This document shows, piece by piece, positions 38,421 through 47,459 of a DNA stretch of 47,459 nt (positions within the stretch are counted from its first letter, which is position 1; the number at the start of each line of letters is the position of its first letter). Under the pieces are notes generated by a model. It had not been told where the DNA came from. It ran no database searches and worked only from the letters and a program-made list of their open reading frames with translations. A program made the position numbers and the translations under genes. The stretch comes from Octopus sinensis (lineage: Eukaryota), in assembly GCF_006345805.1 (NCBI RefSeq), contig NW_021834535.1:1-47459 (forward strand), written 5' to 3'.

Positions 38421-39631
38421 AGAAAAATATTACTTCATCTGGCTGTGATATTTATCCACCGGATGTGCTCAATTTATTTTTGTTCATTTCAAGCATAGAA
38501 TCTTCTAAACAGTATCATTCGATCGAGGGTTTATTTTTATCTTTGTATGTATGTGTGCGTCTAAGAACGAATACAAAAATAAGTTTCGACTAAGTAGTAT
38601 CTTCCTTTCAACTTCTACTTCCTTTTCTTTCTCTTGACAGTTACAACAGCTATGGCTCATTACGTCATATTCTCGAAACTAGAATGTATAATTTTCACGT
38701 TCATATTTGAATTTTTCGCGTTTCAAATTTTCTGTTTTTTTTCTCATTCATCTTTCAATAGAATGTGACTGTCATGGTTGGAACGCCTTAGATCATAGGT
38801 CTTCTAACTTAGTAATGCGATGTCTTTAACCAACAAGAATGAGACTGAAGGACACGTTAAATAATGTAAGTCCGAGATAAATTTTGTTTGAAATATAGGT
38901 GCGATGGTCATGGACGGATCACCTTAAGTCATAGATCTGTTTGATGAGTACAACAGATATAAATCAAAACTAAAGAGTAATAAGAACAATAATTATGAAG
39001 GACAGATAAAAAATTTAGGCCAATAAAATTATTCCTGTGACAGCGTGGTCATATTTGGAAAGTCGTTGACCATAGAAGCACTTCAATTAAGGTTCACACA
39101 TAACAGTCTCTTATGGATATGAGCACCTGCATGTTTGTATGTGTACATAACTCTTCCTTCAATTTCCACTTCTACGTAGAGAGGGTAGAGTGTCTTGTGA
39201 CAAGCAACTACTTACACTTGCATTGTATTTACATTTAAATTAAGTTTTAAAGGCAGTCTTGGCTAACATCCTAGATCGGAGCTAGAGTACATTCTGACCT
39301 CACCTCAACACAAACACTGCTCAACGCTTCACATATGTATGTGTATTGAGAACCTAGAATATATATGTGTGTGTGTGTGCATATGTGTATGCGTACTTGT
39401 ATATATTGATAACTCTCTCTCCCTTCCTCTATCTTTCTTTCTCTCTCTCTCTCTCTGTATTTATATATTCACAGATAAATAGATATGTATGTAGACGTAA
39501 CTATCTATGTATGTATCTGTATCAGTTTAAACACACACACATGTATATATATATATTATATATTATATATATATATATATATAATATATATATATATATA
39601 CATATACATACATATATGCATACACATATAC

Positions 39632-39667
<36 letters not shown>

Positions 39668-39814
39668 CATATGTAATCATACATATATATATATACATAT
39701 ATACATACACATATACTTGCGCTAATTTAAATTCGGGCTTACTCATTTATATATAACGACTTCCATTAACACACACATGTACATACACACACACACACAC
39801 ACACACATACACAT

Positions 39815-39868
<54 letters not shown>

Positions 39869-39929
39869 ACACATACACACAAACACACAAACACATACAC
39901 ATATATATAAGGAGAGAGATGGTTAGTTA

Positions 39930-40062
<133 letters not shown>

Positions 40063-40563
40063 AGATATATAACCCTACTTAACGTGTAGATCTCCCCAAA
40101 AGAACAACAATAGTAATTTTAAAACGAATGAATTAGATATGAAATGATATACGATCTAAAGTAGGGTAAGATGGAAAAAATCCAACCAGGGATTATAAAG
40201 TGCCAAAACATCCCTATCCTGCTCCTGTTGTTCGGAAATCTAAGCTTAAGTTATAAGACCAAGTTTGAAGAAAACTAACTGTTAGTTGCATAGCCAAAGA
40301 AAACAGTATTTCCACTCCAAAGAAGATATGAATTATGGCGCCCATCAGTGAATTTCATTAATTTTGGTGACTCCCTCGTAGCGCTGTAGTGGATACGGTC
40401 GGATATTGTTTGATGGGGTTTTATGATATGATAAAGTGTCTGCTATCACACGAGTGAGTGTATGGAGGTGTCGGGGTATGGTGTGCGTGAATGTCTGTGT
40501 GCTTGCATGGATGTGTTTGTGTTTCTCTGATTGTGAGAACTTGCGTGAATATAAATATGTATG

Positions 40564-40603
<40 letters not shown>

Positions 40604-40640
40604 CGGAAGTAAACACATAAATGTGAAACAATATGTATAG

Positions 40641-40677
<37 letters not shown>

Positions 40678-40733
40678 GAATATATATATATGTATACATA
40701 TATATATATATATATATGAATATATATATATGT

Positions 40734-40771
<38 letters not shown>

Positions 40772-41158
40772 TACTTATATATATACATATGTATATATGT
40801 ATATATATTTATACACACCCACACATACACATAAATATGCATATATTTCTACATGCATACACACATACATATATATATACACACACACATATATATATAC
40901 ACACACACATATATACATATATATACACACACACATATATATATACACACACACATATATATATACACACACATATGTATATATGTATGTATTTATACAC
41001 GTAGGCATTTTGGGGCGTATATGTGTACGAATATATACACACATACTGACAGCTAGCCAGATATAATGTGCACTGATAGATTCTACATACGCATACACAA
41101 GCACACACACGAACGCATTTACATCATTAGGCAAACCCTGAAAAATGGCGTGGTGAAC

Positions 41159-41203
<45 letters not shown>

Positions 41204-42246
41204 CATACACAGACATAAGCACACACACACACATACACATACACACACACACAAGCTTATTGGATACATATAAAATCTGACGTATAAGTAGCCATACGTA
41301 AATCTTCATCCACAAGACTCATATATAATCTTTATTGCAGTTAAACATTAATTTTTTATCAAGATACTTCTTGCATTTTTAATATATGATGTGAATATAA
41401 GATAGCCTCATAAAATGCTATGGTACACACGTAAGCACACATATGCTGCACGAATGCAAACAATTACGCATATACGCGCACACATAGATACATAGGCCCA
41501 TATACATACATTCACTTTTATGGGCACATATCGGTACTCGTCCACACACATACACACACACACACTCACTCACACACACATGATCGCGTATATGCTCTAT
41601 ATATATATATATATGAGTAGTCAACTAAATAACGATGCGGGAGCCTCTACGTCGCTAGAAACAGGAGCCAAATTATTTTTGAAATTAGCCTTTGATTTAA
41701 AAGTTATAGAAGACAAAAAAAAGAAAAGAGAAAAAGAACGACGCATGAAGGACATTTGGCAAATACATGATTTCGGGTTCAATCCCGGTGCGTGAAATTT
41801 TCGGTATATATATTATATATATATAATATATATATAATATATATATGTTGTGTGTGTTGTGTGTGTGTGTGTGTGTGTGTGTTGGTGTGTGTGTGTGCGT
41901 GTGTGTGGGTGTGTGTGGTGTGTGTGGTAATCATATCAAAGGGAAATGGAATTTAATTAAATTTAAAATATTCAATCAAAAATTTACTTTCCAGTGGTCT
42001 AACGTGCAAAACAAAAAATTGTCAAGAAGACTATATATTAGTTATACGATATAGTGCATATTTAAACACATAAGGAATCCACTTAGCGTGAGATTCGACA
42101 CATTAGAGAGAACAGCTAGGTTCTATAAACCACAAAAATAACGGATAAAATTCGACAGGAATAAATTTGGAAATGAAAAACATTTACCATCTAGTACCCC
42201 GGACCAAATTGGTTTCTGATCTTCTTTTAGCAAATATATATATGTA

Positions 42247-43157
42247 CAGTGTTGGTGAAAAGTTAGTAGGTATTAAAAGTAGTTAATAAAATCCATATTC
42301 CTTTTACAAATTTATTGAAACAAATGATACATGTTCTTTATTACATGGAGAAATGGAACTAAATCTTCATATTTCAACCTAAGCATTGGTGGCGTCTACC
42401 AGTTTCCTCAAACGGCCAGGGGTAGAATGAACAGACTACTGACAGACGTCGTCTGGGGCATCATTGAGAACCTCCCGAATCTGTGTCTCTAAATCCTCCA
42501 TTGTACGAGGTTTTGTCTTGTACACCTCCTCTTTTGTGTAACCCCACAGGTAAAGATCACTTGGTGTGAGATCTGGACTTCATGGAGACCATTCACGAGG
42601 TCCGCATCGTCCTATCCAACGTCCTGGAAGATATTGGTCTAACCACGCACTCAGAGTAAGAGCAAAATGGAGTGGTGCACCCTCCTGTATGAATATCGGG
42701 TCACCCAATGCTATCCCAGCCAGATACCGTGGGCTACTCTTAATTCTCGAGCATCTGAAGATAGCGGTTCGTATTCATGGCGGAAGATACGAGCCGACGA
42801 CTCTTGTTGCCATCATTCCGCACCAAACGGTCATTTTGTTCTAGCTTGCATCCTCTCAACCGTCATGTTCGGGTCGTTATCACACGACGCCCAGTAATAG
42901 CAGTTGTGACGATTGATAAAACCACCAACATGGAATACAGCCCCGTCATTCCAGAGGATGTTTTCAAGTAATTCAGGCCAATCTTCATGCCAACCTAGCA
43001 CTAACTCTCCATATTCTTTTTTGTGGTCACAGTCTTCAGGTTTTAGCTCCAGCACGTAATGGGGCTTCCACGGACAAAAATTCTGTTATTTATGCAACAC
43101 CGTGTGTATTGTGTGTCTTGTTAGACCACTTTCAGGAGCTGCTTGACTTGTGGCGCA
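42247..43157 (-). mobile_element. Decayed Tc1/mariner transposon, DD41D (rosa/Visitor) type; one end and the 3' part of the transposase retained
   Basis: Minus: ..FCPWKPHYVLELKPEDC..ILWNDGAVFHVGGFINRHNCYYW..MTVWCG..QEGAPLHF..WIGRCGPREWSP*SPDLTPSDLYLWGYTKEEVY.., with 41 residues between the 2nd acidic residue (E for D) and the 3rd (D). The end reads TA|CAGTGTTGGTGAAAAG at 42245-42262. Multiple stops and frameshifts. Confidence 0.9.
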
Positions 43158-43765
43158 CTGGGGTCGATATAATGGACTTAATCCGTTTGTCTGTCCTTGT
43201 TTGTCCTCTCTGTGTTTAGCCCCTTGTGGGTAGTAAAGAAAAAGGCATTTCGTCTGTCTTTACGTTCTGAGTTCAATCCCGCCGAGGTCGACTTTGCCTT
43301 TCTTCCTTTCGGGGTCTATAAATTAAGTACCAGTTACGCACTGGAGTCGATTTAATCGACTGTCCCCTTCCCCAAAATTTCGGGTGTTAAGCCTAGAGTA
43401 CAAAGGAATATTTAAGGCGGTGAGTTGGCAGAAACGTTAGCACGCCGGGCGAAATTCTTAGCGGTATTTCGTCTGAGGTTACGTTCTGAGTTCAAATTCC
43501 GCCGTGGTCGACTTTGCCTTTCATCCTTTCAGGGTCGATAAATTAAGTACCAGTTACGCACTGGCTCGATATAATCGACTTAATCAGTTTTTTTTCTGTC
43601 CTTGTTTATCCCCTCTGTGTGTAGCCTCTTGTGGGTAGTAAAGAAATAGAAACAGGTATTTCGTCTGTCTTGACGTTCTGAATTCAAATTTACCGAGGTT
43701 GATTATGCCTCTCATCCTTCCAAGGTCGATAAATTAAGTACCAGTTGCGTACTGGGATCGAGCGT
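43156..43765 (+). mobile_element. Tandem cluster of about 4 family A-related SINE units
   Basis: Repeated gttctgagttcaa..ccgccgaggtcgactttgcctttc..gtcgataaattaagtaccagtt, with alternating tails. Confidence 0.9.
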
Positions 43766-44424
43766 TCATGCTAGAAAAAAGCAGCTAAATTCTATTAAAA
43801 TCGTACTGTAAATTTATTTATAGAATGCAACAGGGACTTAGAATAAAACATTCATAGAAACACATTTATCTAAAAAGAAGGAGAAATTTACTACGTCTCG
43901 ATTTGCTTTTCTTTATATGCCTGTCTGGCCAGAGACTGCTGTCGGGTACATAACAACAGTGACGTCACTTTAATTCTTTCACCGAACCCCACTAACCACC
44001 TCTCTGTCTGCAGTCTTCTTTAATTAGCATTATTACTCAATAAACTTCCGCAGATGCTCCGAAAAGCGTCTCACCTTCATCCTAGGAATGTCTGCTTTGC
44101 AAGATCCGAATACATCCTGCCGCCTCATAATTCTTGCCTTTCAACCTTCTACACCCAAATTCACCTTTTCTCAAACTCGTATTTAGTATCACTTTTCCTT
44201 CTGTTCTTTCAATTAAGAATATTCGGCATTTAAATATTATATATTCATATAGGGGTGTCTATAATGTTGCATATATGAATGAGTACAATTTTAAGTATTT
44301 ATACACATGTTACGGCCAAATTAAAACCGAATCTCAAATTTACTCGTCTTACTAAACGTTTTAACAGTGAATATGTAATGTTTACCGATTCACATCGTGA
44401 TAGTAATTGAAACCGCACCCAGCA

Positions 44425-44910
44425 AAGGTACATGTTCTACGGTTTCTTTTGCCGAACCGTTAATGTCAAGAGGACGTAAAAAAACCCAACAAGAGCGGTA
44501 GGGCGCTCTAAGACCATATCGCGAAGAGAAATTGATACAGAAGAGACAATAAGGTTGGAGAAGCTGTAATTAGATCATAACAGTAGCAGAAAACAATAGT
44601 GGTTGGAGAGATCATGTTGCGGTCTTCTGTGCCTAATCGTGCGAAGAGAACTGGCTGAAAAAAGCAACGGAGGTTGCCAAACGGTGGTGGGAGACAAACA
44701 CAGATACAAAGAGGAATGCACACACACACACACACTCTCTCTCTCTCTGTCATACACATATACGTATATATATGTGCATATAACGGGCTTCCGCACAGTT
44801 TCCGTCTTGCAAATTCACAGTGAAAGCATTGGTTGACCCAGTACCATGTAGTAGTAGTAGCTGAACCCAAACTCACGTAGTCGCAGAACCAGCTTCTTAA
44901 CCACACAGCC
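44425..44910 (-). mobile_element. Old SINE family B copy split by an insertion at about 44500-44670
   Basis: Tail fragment (ttttgccgaaccg...ggacgtaaa) at 44450-44490. Head and microsatellite part at 44675-44910. Confidence 0.55.
44505..44655 (+). pseudogene. RTE-like LINE extreme 3' end
   Basis: KTISRREID...AENNSGWRDHVAVFCA* resembles the A.DR..WR..V..LC terminus of RTE ORF2. Confidence 0.4.
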
Positions 44911-45402
44911 CAACTTATGCCTTTTTATGTGTAGATCTTTTTTTTTATTCATGGTCCTCCAGGGTCAAGAAGGGCGATGTCATTGAAGTAAAGTGCTTTT
45001 GTTATGGGGAATTTCCAATAATTATGTCCTTTGACTCGGAAATATGGCCGACGTTTTACTGCAGAAATAAAAAAACAAAATGGAGTTGTTTATTGCGACA
45101 GATGTGCGCACATACCGTCGCCACCGCCGCCACCACCACCTCCAACAACAACAACACCACCACCAATTTCACCATCACCACCAATTTCACCATCACCACT
45201 ACCACCGCCACCACCATCGCTGTCACCACCACCACCACAACTATCTATTTCAAACGATTAGCAACATCACGACTATTCTACCGCCACCGCCACCATCGTC
45301 GACATAATAGGAACTGTCTCCTCCACAATCGTCCCTACCACACTACACCGTCATCACACCCATCCGGTTCGCCACCATCACAGCCAATATCATTATACAT
45401 AA

Positions 45403-45435
<33 letters not shown>

Positions 45436-45574
45436 AATACACACAGAAGCACATATACATACGTACAAACATACATACATGCACACACATACTGTATATA
45501 TATATATGTATATATACACACACACACACATACACACTCATACAAACACACACAGATACACATATACATACATG

Positions 45575-45616
<42 letters not shown>

Positions 45617-45751
45617 AATACACACACTCATACAAACACGCTCAGAAACACGTATACATACATGCATACATATATAAATACACACTCACATATATATATA
45701 TATAAAACAGAAGCACGCATATATATACATTGACATACATGCACTTACACC

Positions 45752-45782
<31 letters not shown>

Positions 45783-46374
45783 AGCAGGCAATCGTTACCA
45801 TCACCAGGCACAACACACCAAAAGCAATCATTTCAAAAGGTTTGCTTTGGTTCAAGCCGAAAGAATTTTCATGGATTTAATCGTAAAAAACACAAATAAC
45901 CTCTTTCACAAACCTTTATTTTATTATTTCCTCCGATCCTTTCGTTGAGGTGATTGACAATAAAATAACATAAAATGCAGTTTAGAAAGAAACCGGTGAT
46001 ACATAAAAATAAAAGGAAATACGTCGGTTTCGACGAGCATAACCTTAGTATCAGATTAACTAAACTGCCCACATAGTGAATTATTTTAACTATGGCTGAT
46101 ATTTCTGCAGTCACTAGTTCACCAATTTCACCAAGTAGATCGGTGCGTTAAAATAACCTTTTATCATTAATTTAAAATTATAATTTAATGCATGATAGGA
46201 TACTGCAGTTTTATGCGGTACTGCTGGTAGCATACACGTGCGTATAGGGGTTAAATAGTGTATTCACATTCAGCTCTGTAAATTTAGGAAGTGTTGGTTG
46301 GATATCTGTTACATGATGTCGCTCGAACGTGTACATATTTGACCCTAGCACTTTCAAATTTTATAATTGGAAAT

Positions 46375-46436
46375 ACTATACTGAAGAGAAAGTAAGTAAA
46401 ATTTAAAACACTTTAATCTCGAAACGCGTATATAGT
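46375..46436 (+). ncRNA. Minimal type-I hammerhead ribozyme motif (Penelope-like type)
   Basis: actata-CUGAAGA-G..(stem II)..C-GAAA-CGCG-UA-tatagt. Perfect 6-bp stem I, intact core, palindromic helix III ACGCGU, predicted cleavage after A46430. Confidence 0.7.
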
Positions 46437-46597
46437 TAATGCTGGTTGTGTTGCTACCTTGTTTTTCTCATTGGCTTCATAAGAAAGTATGTTACCGTCA
46501 TGGAGATTCTTATAGTAGTAGAAAAGGAATTTTAACTCCTATTTCTAAATTCGGTATGTGGTGAAACAATTAGCTGAACTCTAATTATAATTATGTT

Positions 46598-46651
<54 letters not shown>

Positions 46652-46875
46652 TATTATTATTATTATTATTAATATATTATTATTATTATTATTATCATTG
46701 TTATTATTATATATATTATATATATGTGTGTGTGTGTGTGTGGTGTGTGTGTGTGTGGTGTTTTTGTATATTTAAATTTTGAAGTGAATCTAACGTTATT
46801 TTGTGTGTTTTTCGCAAATTGTCTGTATATATATTATATAATATACAACTCCCACACACACATATATATACATAT

Positions 46876-46908
<33 letters not shown>

Positions 46909-47121
46909 TATATAGAGGGCATATTATACATACATACATGTATAATATGCCTATAATTATGCACTCTAATATAAATTAATATCAATAAGAAATAATATTT
47001 TCGAAATATCTTATGCGTTTTTACGCTATCTACATGACAATTTCTTGTAGTTTTCCATTAAGTATGTCCTAATTGCAAAATTTTTATATATATATATATA
47101 TATATATGTACATACATAAGG

Positions 47122-47153
<32 letters not shown>

Positions 47154-47164
47154 ACTATATTATC

Positions 47165-47459
47165 ACGAGGGTTGTATGAAAAGCCTTGAGCCTCAAAACA
47201 ACAAAACATGGTACAGGAATTCTAATGAAGGTAGAAGACTTCAAGGCTCAAAGGCGTTGAAGGTTCAAAACTTACACTTCTCCTTACATTATATATATAT
47301 ATATATTATATATATATATATATATATATTGACAATATTAAAAATAAGGATTACTCTGAAGTAGCAATAAAGTAAGTACTTTAATTCTATAATTATATAC
47401 CACCTTTCAAAGATCAACACATAGTTCAATTGCATCGATTAGTAACCGGTGCAATTGCA
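47165..47459 (+). mobile_element. Possible mariner-like element 5' end, running off the window
   Basis: cgagggttgtatgaaaag resembles mariner-type TIR starts. The partner TIR is not in the window. Confidence 0.35.

Noticed and set aside
46020-46065. Minus-strand CTGATA...GAAACCGACGTA
   Set aside because: The core lacks G8/A9 and stem I cannot form.
46235-46254. ...GGGG|TTAA, a piggyBac-like right end
   Set aside because: No matching TTAA|CCCC left end or transposase trace found in the window.

Overview
This is eukaryotic, very AT-rich, microsatellite-saturated DNA with no recognisable intact protein-coding gene. Its repeat content (several tRNA-derived SINE families, very dense TA/TG/TAA/GATA/ACC microsatellites, R4/Dong-like and RTE LINE remnants) points to an octopus or other coleoid cephalopod genome; this is inference from pattern, not a search result. 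Nearly all listed ORFs are microsatellite artefacts. Supported features are: about 25 SINE copies or fragments; four R4/Dong-like non-LTR coding remnants, whose 3' ends abut (TAA)n arrays where present; RTE-like LINE 3' fragments; a decayed DD41D (rosa/Visitor) Tc1/mariner transposase cut by a SINE cluster; and a ~118-bp tandem repeat with inverted copies downstream. The most interesting signals are two minimal type-I hammerhead-ribozyme motifs of the Penelope-like kind (46375-46436 and 31096-31143, the latter with a compensatory U3-A8 core) plus degenerate relatives, a 194-bp multi-hairpin insert between exact 28-bp direct repeats (7096-7345), and a candidate mucin-like Thr-rich exon with a good splice acceptor (19572-20236, minus strand). 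All alignments and folds were done by eye, and repeat boundaries are approximate.
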